Position numbers and translations under genes: made by a program
Notes under the pieces: generated by a model
What the model saw: the letters and a program-made list of their open reading frames with translations, nothing else
Database searches by the model: none
Told to the model about the DNA's origin: nothing
From: an uncultured Methanosarcinales archaeon
GTDB taxonomy: Archaea; Nanobdellota; Nanobdellia; Woesearchaeales; CAYMBN01
DNA: 64,000 nt
Assembly: GCA_964388715.1 (NCBI GenBank)
Contig: CAYMBN010000005.1
Span: 3,434-67,433 of the forward strand
Direction of reading: 5' to 3'
In this document: positions 9,547 through 18,443 of the stretch, piece after piece
Layout of the letters: each line of letters starts with the position of its first letter
How positions within the stretch are numbered: position 1 is the stretch's first letter

Positions 9547-11079
9547 ATGGATAAAATTATAATTATTGGTATAGATGGAGCTTCTTTTAATATATTAGAT
9601 AAATGGATCAAAAAAGGATCATTACCAACATTCAAAAAATTGAAACAGAAAGGAAGCTATTGTAAATTAACCAGTACAATCCCACCTGTTACTCCACCAG
9701 CCTGGACATCTATCACAACAGGAAAAAACCCAGGCAAACATGATATCTTTGATTTCCAAAAAATTGATTCAGAACACAAATTTTCCTTAATTAACTCAAC
9801 AACAAACAAAGCAAAGGATTTCTGGGAATATACAAACAAAAAAACAATACTTATCAATTTCCCAACATACTTTCCACCAAAAAAAATAAATGGTTACATG
9901 GTGAGTGGCATGCTCACCCCAGGCATTAGTTCAAACTTCACTTATCCTAAAGAACTAAAAAAAGAAATCCTCAACATAATTCCAGATTACATCATTGAAG
10001 TTGATGAAAACCTTTACAAAGGAAGAATAAAAGAATTTTTATCTGACATTGACAAAATGACTAAACAAAGACATAAATTAATTAAACACATGCTAAAAAA
10101 AGAATGGGACATTTTTTTCACTGTAATCACTGGCTCAGATCGAATACAACATCTCGCTTGGAACAACCAAAATCTGCTAAATTATTACAAAAAAGTTGAT
10201 TCCATCTTAGATGACATAATAAAAAACCATGTTAAAGATAATGTAACCCTATTTATAATATCTGACCATGGTTTTACAGAAGTGAACAAAATATTTTACG
10301 TAAACACATTCTTAAAACAAGAACAAATTCTTTTTACAAAAGAAAAAACTAACAAAAAAATCCTAAAAAAAGTAGGTTTAACAAGAGAAACAATAATTAA
10401 TTTACTTCAAAAATTACATATTGATCTCACAAAACTAAAAATCCTTCTTCCAAACAAGATCAAAAACCTACTTCCACAAGAAGATCAAACACTTTATCAA
10501 AGTGTTAACTGGTCAAAAACAAAAGCATTTATGTTTGGTTTTGGTCAGATTTTCATTAATTCAAAAAAACGTTTTAAAAATGCTCCTTTATCTGAAAAAC
10601 AACATAATAAATTTAAAAAAGAATTAATAAAAATATTAAGTAATATTAAAGACCCACAAACAAATAAAAAAATAATAAAAAAAGTTTACACAAATGAACA
10701 AGCATACTCAGGAGATTATGCAAAAAATGGTCCTGATCTGATAATTGAACTTGAAAATGGTTATGCTTTTTCAGAAAAAATAACAAATCAACACATTGAA
10801 AAATCTGATTTTATTAATGCTGATCATGAAAAACAAGGAATTTTAATGTCTTATGGAAAACAAATTAAAGAAAATAACAATATGTCTAACAAAAATATAG
10901 TTGATTTTGCACCAACAATGTTACACATACTAAATTCAACAATTCCAAATGACATTGATGGTAAAGTTATAAAAGATATATTCAAGAAAGACTCAGAATT
11001 ATGTAAAAAAAGTGCCAAAATCAAAAAAATCACAGAAAAAGAAAATATTAGCACTGCATTGTCAGATATCAATATTTAA
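9547..11079 (+). CDS. Type I phosphodiesterase/nucleotide pyrophosphatase (AlkP superfamily)
   Basis: IGIDGA, STIPPVTPPAWTSITTGKNPGKH, DRIQH, SDHG, ADH, DFAPT. Confidence 0.85.
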   Translation: MDKIIIIGIDGASFNILDKWIKKGSLPTFKKLKQKGSYCKLTSTIPPVTPPAWTSITTGKNPGKHDIFDFQKIDSEHKFSLINSTTNKAKDFWEYTNKKTILINFPTYFPPKKINGYMVSGMLTPGISSNFTYPKELKKEILNIIPDYIIEVDENLYKGRIKEFLSDIDKMTKQRHKLIKHMLKKEWDIFFTVITGSDRIQHLAWNNQNLLNYYKKVDSILDDIIKNHVKDNVTLFIISDHGFTEVNKIFYVNTFLKQEQILFTKEKTNKKILKKVGLTRETIINLLQKLHIDLTKLKILLPNKIKNLLPQEDQTLYQSVNWSKTKAFMFGFGQIFINSKKRFKNAPLSEKQHNKFKKELIKILSNIKDPQTNKKIIKKVYTNEQAYSGDYAKNGPDLIIELENGYAFSEKITNQHIEKSDFINADHEKQGILMSYGKQIKENNNMSNKNIVDFAPTMLHILNSTIPNDIDGKVIKDIFKKDSELCKKSAKIKKITEKENISTALSDINI

Positions 11080-11117
11080 CAAATAATTTAAATAAAAAAG
11101 GGCTTTTTAACCAAAAA

Positions 11118-12521
11118 ATGCAAAAGAAAAAAGTAATCTTCATAACATGCTATATTAAAATAGCAAAAAAACAGTTTGCAATAGGTAAAAAACTACAAGC
11201 AAAAGGAATAGAAGTAATATTTGCCAACTACTCAAAAGAATGTGCAAACTTTTTCAAGAAAAATAATGCTAAATGTATATATATTCCAGACCACCTTAAC
11301 AAAATCAAACTTAAGAAACCAATAAAAGAATACCTTAAATACATTGAAAAACAATACAATACTCCTAGTTTAAACTTATTAATTGCAGGAGACATTGATT
11401 TACAAAGTATGAAACGTGAAAAAGCACTAAAGATTCTTATCAAAAATTTCCTTTTCTGGGAAAAATTCTTCAAAGAAAATAAAACAGATATCATGATTGG
11501 TGGCATAGAAAGAATATTAAATGAAGCACCAAGGTATGTTTGTAAAAAAAACAAAATAAAATACCTTGGATGGGTTAGTGCCCAGGTAAAAGACCACTTT
11601 ATGCTTAGTGAAGATCATATGGGACATTGGGATAGATTAAACAAATATTGGAACAAAAACAAAAATAGAAAATTAACAACAAAAGAAAAAAAGAAAGTAA
11701 AAGAATTCATTGACTCAATAACAAAAACAGTCAAACAAAAACATCTTGTTCAATCTATTCCAGCAACAAAACCTGCAAGAGTAAACCTTTCAAACATTAA
11801 ATTATTTTTACAAAGACTGTGGATAAACACATTTGTAGAAAAAGGAAGAAACCCTTACTCAAACATTATCAAGATAGGTTTTAAACAATTTATGAGATCA
11901 ATAAGAAAACACTTTGCTAAACACTTATATTCAAAACCAAATTATAAAGAAGATTTTATATTTTTTCCAATGCATGTTTTCTGGGATGCACAAATAATTG
12001 TTAGAGCACCACAATTCTCTAATCCAGTCTGGCTTATTGAATACATTACAAAGTGCATACCTTCTTATTATAAATTATATGTAAAAGAACATCCAAATGA
12101 CATTGGTGGCAATAAGTTAAAAACATTAAATGAAATAAGAAAAATTCCTAATGTAGTATTAATAGACCCCAATGAACCTAGTAGTAATCTCATCAAAAAA
12201 TCTAAAGCTATAGTTTGTATCAACTCAACTGTTGGTTGGGAAGGAATTTTATATGACAAAAAAGTAATCAATTTAGGCAATGTATTTTATGATATTTCAG
12301 GACTTGTATGGAAAATAAGAAATCTTTATGAACTTATTGACATTTTCAAAATAGTAGAGCAGAAAACTCTTATAACTCAAGAAAAAAAATATAGATTTAT
12401 TAACGCTGTCCTTAACTCTGTTCTTGAAGGAAGTCTTGATTTCTTTAATGACGAAAGAATTACTTTAGATGACAAACACATTACAAGTATAGCAAATGAA
12501 ATTTATAATCACTTTCTGTAA
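11118..12521 (+). CDS. Capsule polysaccharide biosynthesis (KpsS/KpsC-like) GT-B protein
   Basis: FFPMHV..D, YVKEHP, INSTVGWEG, LGNVFY. Confidence 0.7.
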   Translation: MQKKKVIFITCYIKIAKKQFAIGKKLQAKGIEVIFANYSKECANFFKKNNAKCIYIPDHLNKIKLKKPIKEYLKYIEKQYNTPSLNLLIAGDIDLQSMKREKALKILIKNFLFWEKFFKENKTDIMIGGIERILNEAPRYVCKKNKIKYLGWVSAQVKDHFMLSEDHMGHWDRLNKYWNKNKNRKLTTKEKKKVKEFIDSITKTVKQKHLVQSIPATKPARVNLSNIKLFLQRLWINTFVEKGRNPYSNIIKIGFKQFMRSIRKHFAKHLYSKPNYKEDFIFFPMHVFWDAQIIVRAPQFSNPVWLIEYITKCIPSYYKLYVKEHPNDIGGNKLKTLNEIRKIPNVVLIDPNEPSSNLIKKSKAIVCINSTVGWEGILYDKKVINLGNVFYDISGLVWKIRNLYELIDIFKIVEQKTLITQEKKYRFINAVLNSVLEGSLDFFNDERITLDDKHITSIANEIYNHFL

Positions 12522-12608
12522 TAAACACTTTTATTAAACCACCTTATGAATGCACAACAAGAATAATATACAACAAGATTTATAAACCAAGAAAAAATTA
12601 GTTATTTT

Positions 12609-14057
12609 ATGAATTTAAATCAAAAAACAAATATTGTAAAAGGTGGAGTGTATTTAACAGCATCAACATTTATAGCAACAATATTGGGCTATTTATTATA
12701 CTTAATCTTAGCAAGAATTCTTGGTCCTGCAAATTTTGGAATATATGGTGTTGTAATAGGTATCTTAAGTGCAATATCAAAAATATTATTATCATCAATT
12801 CAACAAACAACATCAAAATTTGTAAGTGAAAACCAAGAAAATGCACCCAGTATAAAAAACAGATTACTTTTTATCATATTCTTAATAGGAACTTCTGTGT
12901 CAATAATTTATGCATTCTCATCAAAAATAATAGCATATTTACTCAATGACCCTTCACTAACAATACTAATTGCAATCTCAGCATTTATTATTATTCCAAA
13001 TTCACTTTATGGAGTTTTACAAGGATATCTTAATGGACAAAAACAATTTAAAAAACAAGCTTTCATAAGAGTAGTGTATGCTGTTCTAAGGGTTTCTATA
13101 ATAATTACAGCAGTATTGTTAGGTTACTCAGTAGGTGGTGCAATAGCAGGTTTCCTTATTGCTACAATACTAACTTTTCTACTAAACTATGTAATTGTTG
13201 GTGACTTTTTCGCACCTAAAAAAATCAAAATAAGAAAAAGAGATGTCCTTAAATTAGTAAGCCCTATTATAGGAACAACTGCTATCCTATACGCTCTCCC
13301 TGTAATTGGAACAGCATTTGTAAAATCCTTACTAGACGTTACCATCGCAAACACATATGCAGGGTTTTATACTGCTGCAAACTCAATTGGTCAAATACCA
13401 TTTTTAATATTAGCATCTTTACCAGTTGTACTCTTCCCAACAATAGCAAAACTAAACTATGAAAAAAATTCAGAAAAAAAAGCATTTTACGTAAAAGAAA
13501 GTTCAAGATTCACAATTATAATTTTATCTCTGTTTTGTTTCCTTATCGCTGCAACTTCAAAAAGTGTTGTAGAACTGCTTTACTCTAAACAATATTACTT
13601 AACAAGTGAAATATTGATATTCTTAATATTTGGATTTGGATTCCTTACTTTTATGAATATTGCACTAACAATATTAAATAGTGTTGGTAAACATAAAACA
13701 AGCCTTAAGATAGGTCTAACAACAATGATTATAACAATAATACTTAATTTTATTCTCATACCTAAATTTAATATAATTGGAAGTGCTTTATCATTAACAA
13801 TTGCCACATTTATAGGAGTAATATTAAGCATCCTAATCATTCAAAAAAGTATAAGTAAAGTAATGAGCATCACTAGCTTTATAAGAATCATAGCAAGTGG
13901 ATTAATTATTTTTGGAATTACAAAATTAATTGAAGTTAAAGGTCTTATGCTTATTCCTCTTTATGCAGGTATATCAATTGTTTATTTACTTCTATTAATA
14001 ATAATGAGAGAAATTAAAAAACAAGACATTCTTATTATAAAGAAAGTTTTTTCTTAA
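12609..14057 (+). CDS. Wzx/MOP-family flippase
   Basis: About 14 TM; LARILGPANFGIYG; AGFYTAA; LFPTIA; LIPKFNIIGSA. Confidence 0.88.
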   Translation: MNLNQKTNIVKGGVYLTASTFIATILGYLLYLILARILGPANFGIYGVVIGILSAISKILLSSIQQTTSKFVSENQENAPSIKNRLLFIIFLIGTSVSIIYAFSSKIIAYLLNDPSLTILIAISAFIIIPNSLYGVLQGYLNGQKQFKKQAFIRVVYAVLRVSIIITAVLLGYSVGGAIAGFLIATILTFLLNYVIVGDFFAPKKIKIRKRDVLKLVSPIIGTTAILYALPVIGTAFVKSLLDVTIANTYAGFYTAANSIGQIPFLILASLPVVLFPTIAKLNYEKNSEKKAFYVKESSRFTIIILSLFCFLIAATSKSVVELLYSKQYYLTSEILIFLIFGFGFLTFMNIALTILNSVGKHKTSLKIGLTTMIITIILNFILIPKFNIIGSALSLTIATFIGVILSILIIQKSISKVMSITSFIRIIASGLIIFGITKLIEVKGLMLIPLYAGISIVYLLLLIIMREIKKQDILIIKKVFS

Positions 14058-14667
14058 GATAGTTATTAATCTCCAACTGAACACTATCAAACCTTCCTTT
14101 AGTATTTATCTTCACAAAAAGACCACCTAATCTAGAATACAATCTACCAAATACTTTATCCTTAAAAATAAAATAATTAAGATTATATTCATTTGCTCTC
14201 TTAAAAGCTTGTTCTGGTTTTAGATAAAGTAAAAAAGCAACATCTGGTTTAGGCACAATACTATAAAAGAACCTTACAAATAAACTCTTCTGCTTGTTCA
14301 CCAAAAATAAATAATGTACAAGAAGATCATAAAAATATCTATCACAAACAACCACTTTCCCCGAAATCTTATTAATGAAAACAACAAAATAAAAATGTAT
14401 AATATCAAAAAACAAAGAAATCCCTCTCAAGAAATGCAACACAGATTTCAAAAATGATTTCTTTGAAACATTAAACTGTGATTTCATCACTTTTTTATAA
14501 GTTTTACTTTTTCCTTTTATCATAACTCTAGAAAAAAAGCCAAACAAAGAAAAATGTACCATATGTAATGAAGTTACTTTATAACCTTTTAACTTAAGAA
14601 AATTAATAACTTCTTTCATATGATTTGATTTCCCTGTTCCATCCACACCTGAAAAAGTAATTATCAT
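14035..14667 (-). CDS. Thymidylate-kinase-like P-loop kinase
   Basis: FSGVDGTGKS Walker A, CDRYFYD, PKPD; hydrophobic/basic insertion; glycan-locus context. Confidence 0.7.
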   Translation of the reverse strand: MIITFSGVDGTGKSNHMKEVINFLKLKGYKVTSLHMVHFSLFGFFSRVMIKGKSKTYKKVMKSQFNVSKKSFLKSVLHFLRGISLFFDIIHFYFVVFINKISGKVVVCDRYFYDLLVHYLFLVNKQKSLFVRFFYSIVPKPDVAFLLYLKPEQAFKRANEYNLNYFIFKDKVFGRLYSRLGGLFVKINTKGRFDSVQLEINNYLKKKLSL

Positions 14668-14689
14668 TTTATTAACCTTCTAAATTTTA

Positions 14690-16201
14690 TTAACCTTTTA
14701 GTATAGCCAATGGTTTTGTCCTTGCAACTATAGATGCAAGATCATTTGATTTCATAGCTTTAATCACTTCTGAAATATCCTTAAAACAATTTGGTGCTTC
14801 TTCTTCTATTTTAGTTTTCCCTAGATGAAATAACTTGATTTTATTCTTATTCAATCTACCCATCACACTTTTCTTAGTAAATTTAACTCTTGACTTTTGT
14901 TTACTAATAACTCTACCAGATCCATGATTCACAGAATAAAATGTTTCTTTTGTACCATTTTTAGCACAACAAATAAAAGAGTTTGAACCAAACCCACCAG
15001 GAACTATAAGAGGTTGTCCGGTATATCTAAACACTTTGTGACTTTTAAAAAATGATTTAGGATAAGCAGCACTAGCCCCATTCCTATGCAAATACAACAT
15101 CTTCTTATCAATTTTTTCCTTATGTAATGAATCATGATTAACATCATATAGTAATGTAACATCATCTCTAGAAACACCTTTAATTTTTTCTAAGGACAAT
15201 CTCAAGAGATTGAACATACTTGCCCTATTTACATAACCATAATTAATTGCAGCATATTGTGAATACAAAAACATCTTTTCCAATTTTGAAGAAGATTTAA
15301 TTGATTTTATATTATTAAAATCATTTTTAAAAGAAGAATTAAATCTCCAATATAAAGTGTTAACAAAACGATTTATGAAAAAATGCATTGATTTAACCAC
15401 GTTTTTCAAAAAAGGTATTTTTTCTAACCAATCAGAATAAATTTGATAATAGGCTAATTTATAGTTATTTCTTAATGAATTGGAAAGTTTATTTGAAAAA
15501 CAATTATGAATTGATAAACCAAAAGAACCAGAATCAGAATGTATCATAAAAAGTATCTGCCCTTTCTTAATTCCTAATTTTTGTGCAATTTTCTTATCAA
15601 AAACCTTATCAACAACCTGCATTTCTAAAAAATGATTTCCAACTCCTAACACTCTTAATGAGTACTTCCCAATATTAATACAATACTTTGGAAGATAAGA
15701 AATTACTTCTTTAGCATTTCCTTTTTTATTAAACAAATTTCCATTATACTCTACATTATTTTTATAAGAACCACTAAGTCCATACTTTTTTTCAGCCCAT
15801 CCAATTCCATCTTTTATTATAGATAAAACATCATCCTTAGAAATCACAGGCTTTGCCCTTACTTTAGGAACTATATTTGATTTTAACTCTAAAAAAATAT
15901 TTTTTATATCCTTTTCTGAGATATCCTTAATATTAAGATTTGTTTTAATCAAACTCATTCCACAATTAGCATTAATAAATGAAGGAATAATAACTTTTGA
16001 AGCAACAACAACACCAGTTGGTATGTTTTTACCATACTTATAATGTAAATCAGGAAGAGCAACTATTTTTTTATGTATTAAAGGATTTTTTGCCATTCTT
16101 TTAAGAACATTAACAGAATTCTCACCAACAGGCAGCTTTTTATTTACATAAAATTCAATTTGAGCATTCATATTTTTTTCTTTTATGATTTGTAGAGCCA
16201 T
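14690..16201 (-). CDS. Divergent RtcB-family protein
   Basis: LPDLH, NCG, LGVGNHFLEMQ, MIHS, YDVNHD, HRNGA, PG, NHGSGR, EEAP..FKD and terminal LKG appear in RtcB order. Confidence 0.85.
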   Translation of the reverse strand: MALQIIKEKNMNAQIEFYVNKKLPVGENSVNVLKRMAKNPLIHKKIVALPDLHYKYGKNIPTGVVVASKVIIPSFINANCGMSLIKTNLNIKDISEKDIKNIFLELKSNIVPKVRAKPVISKDDVLSIIKDGIGWAEKKYGLSGSYKNNVEYNGNLFNKKGNAKEVISYLPKYCINIGKYSLRVLGVGNHFLEMQVVDKVFDKKIAQKLGIKKGQILFMIHSDSGSFGLSIHNCFSNKLSNSLRNNYKLAYYQIYSDWLEKIPFLKNVVKSMHFFINRFVNTLYWRFNSSFKNDFNNIKSIKSSSKLEKMFLYSQYAAINYGYVNRASMFNLLRLSLEKIKGVSRDDVTLLYDVNHDSLHKEKIDKKMLYLHRNGASAAYPKSFFKSHKVFRYTGQPLIVPGGFGSNSFICCAKNGTKETFYSVNHGSGRVISKQKSRVKFTKKSVMGRLNKNKIKLFHLGKTKIEEEAPNCFKDISEVIKAMKSNDLASIVARTKPLAILKG

Positions 16202-16204
16202 TTC

Positions 16205-17503
16205 TCATCTCCCAACACCAATATAATTAAAACCAAACTCTTTCATTTCTTTTGGATCCCACATATTTCTTCCATCAATTATATTCGGCTCTTTTAACAA
16301 AGACTTAATCCTAGCCTTGTCCAACTGCCTAAACACATTCCATTCTGTAACAAGAACCAAAGCATCAGCATTTTCAACAGCATCATAAGGATTTTCTGCA
16401 TAATTGACACCTGACAAAATCTTTTTAGCATTCTCCATTGCAATAGGATCAAAAACCTTTATTTTAGCACCAAACTTAATTAATTCATTAATAATTAACA
16501 AAGATGGTGCATCCCTTATATCATCTGTTTTAGGTTTAAACGCTAAACCCCATACTGCAATTAACTTCCCATTTAAATCAGGAACTAATTTTTGTATTTT
16601 TGGTATTAAAGATAATTTTTGTTTTTGATTTACTTCTTCAACAGCATTCAATATCTTAGCTTCACAACCATTCTTTTTTATAGTTTGTATAAGTGCCTGA
16701 ACATCCTTTGGAAAACAACTACCACCATAACCAATTCCAGCTTGTAAAAATCTTGCACCAATCCTTTGATCCAAACCAATTCCCTGGGCAACTTTTTTTA
16801 TATCAGCTCCAATCTTTTCAGATAAATGAGATAATTCATTCATAAAAGAAATTCTTGTTGCAAGCATTGCATTCGAAGCATATTTTATTAGTTCTGCACT
16901 CTTAATATCAGTATGTAATATTGGTTTACCAGTTCTTACCATTGATTTATAAATCTTATTCATCACTTTTTTTGCTTTATCAGAATCAGATCCAACAACA
17001 ACCCTATCTGGTGCCATAAAATCCTTAATTGCAGAACCTTCTCTCAAAAACTCAGGATTTGAAACAACATCAAATTCAGTTGGAACTTTTTGATTTTTTT
17101 GAATAATTTCTTTAACCATATCAGCTGTACCAACAGGCACAGTACTCTTATTTACGACAATTTTATATCCATTCATAAAAACACCAATATCTTCTGCAAC
17201 TGCCTTTACAAACCTCAAGTCGGCTTCATGATTTTCACCCATTGGTGTACCAACTGCAATAAAAATAACAGAAGAATCCTCAATTGCTTTTTTCTTATCT
17301 GTAGTAAAAATTAATCTACCTCTATTTTTGTTCCTCTTAAACAACTCATCTAAACCAGGCTCATAAATAGGAAGAACATCATTGTTAAGATTTTCTATTT
17401 TAGTTTGATTAACATCTAAGCAGATCACATCATTACCTAATTCTGCTAAGCAAACTCCAATTGTTAATCCAACATATCCTGTTCCAATTATGGCTATTTT
17501 CAT
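16205..17503 (-). CDS. ugd: UDP-glucose 6-dehydrogenase
   Basis: GTGYVG, KSTVPVGT, NPEFLREG, GYGGSCFPKD, GLAFKPKTDDIR. Confidence 0.95.
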   Translation of the reverse strand: MKIAIIGTGYVGLTIGVCLAELGNDVICLDVNQTKIENLNNDVLPIYEPGLDELFKRNKNRGRLIFTTDKKKAIEDSSVIFIAVGTPMGENHEADLRFVKAVAEDIGVFMNGYKIVVNKSTVPVGTADMVKEIIQKNQKVPTEFDVVSNPEFLREGSAIKDFMAPDRVVVGSDSDKAKKVMNKIYKSMVRTGKPILHTDIKSAELIKYASNAMLATRISFMNELSHLSEKIGADIKKVAQGIGLDQRIGARFLQAGIGYGGSCFPKDVQALIQTIKKNGCEAKILNAVEEVNQKQKLSLIPKIQKLVPDLNGKLIAVWGLAFKPKTDDIRDAPSLLIINELIKFGAKIKVFDPIAMENAKKILSGVNYAENPYDAVENADALVLVTEWNVFRQLDKARIKSLLKEPNIIDGRNMWDPKEMKEFGFNYIGVGR

Positions 17504-17579
17504 TTTAATACCTTATTTCCCCCTTTATTTGCTCTAAAAAATCATAATATTTAAATATTACTACTTAATCTTCAGTAAT

Positions 17580-17692
17580 TGGACGGTCATAGGGGCTTGG
17601 TTCACCTGTTCCCATTTCGAACACAGAAGTTAAGCAAGCTTCCGTTCTTAGCTGTACTGTACTTATGTACGGGAAACTAAGAAAGCTGTCCA
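17580..17692 (+). rRNA. rrf: 5S ribosomal RNA
   Basis: Contains CACCTGTTCCCATTTCGAACACAGAAGTTAAGC, GTACTG and GGGAA. The ends pair (TGGACGG/CTGTCCA). TTTAAATA lies upstream and a T-run downstream. Confidence 0.93.
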
Positions 17693-17699
17693 CCTTTTT

Positions 17700-18443
17700 T
17701 TAAGATTTTTCTTGGAAAATTTTATTCACTTCTTCCAACTGTTCTTTATTACCTATATCCCACCATTTTTCACTAGAAATCATTGCATAAACATTTGTTT
17801 TATTCACAAGATACCTAATTACTTCTCCAATATTATCGGGCCTATCTTTAGAGGTTATGAAATCTTTAAACAACACTAAATCATGTTTTTTAAATATGTA
17901 ACAAAGAGTCGCAGCAAAACTAGTTTTTGGGTTTTCTGGTTTTTCTTCAAAACCAATTATTTTATTATTCTCATCAACCTCAACAACACCAAACTTTTTA
18001 GCAAGCTTTTGTTTTTCTATCAAATCATATATTGCAATAACAGAAGCATTATTTTTATTTGAGATCTCATTCAGCACAGCCAAGCTAAATTCAAACAAAT
18101 TGTCACCACCAATTATCATTAAGTCATCATTTATATCTTCTTTTTCAATAACAAAAGCCATATCACCTACAGCACCAAGTCTGTCTTCATTAGTTAAAGT
18201 ACCATCATTAATAATCTTAACCTTCTTATCAAAATTCAAATTATTCTTCCATTCTTCAAAAACACTAAAAAACTTATTATTTGTAACAATAAAGATTTCA
18301 TCAATTTCATCAACCAATTTAATTTTATCAAGAATATGTTCCATCATAGGTTTTTTACCAATCATAAGAAGAGGTTTTGGTTTATTTAATGTTAAAGGAT
18401 ACAACCTTGTTGCATAACCAGCAGCTAATATTATACATTTCAT
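17700..18443 (-). CDS. Sugar-1-phosphate nucleotidyltransferase
   Basis: ILAAGYATRLYPLT..KPKPLL, GDN, FEEKP, WDIG. Confidence 0.88.
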   Translation of the reverse strand: MKCIILAAGYATRLYPLTLNKPKPLLMIGKKPMMEHILDKIKLVDEIDEIFIVTNNKFFSVFEEWKNNLNFDKKVKIINDGTLTNEDRLGAVGDMAFVIEKEDINDDLMIIGGDNLFEFSLAVLNEISNKNNASVIAIYDLIEKQKLAKKFGVVEVDENNKIIGFEEKPENPKTSFAATLCYIFKKHDLVLFKDFITSKDRPDNIGEVIRYLVNKTNVYAMISSEKWWDIGNKEQLEEVNKIFQEKS

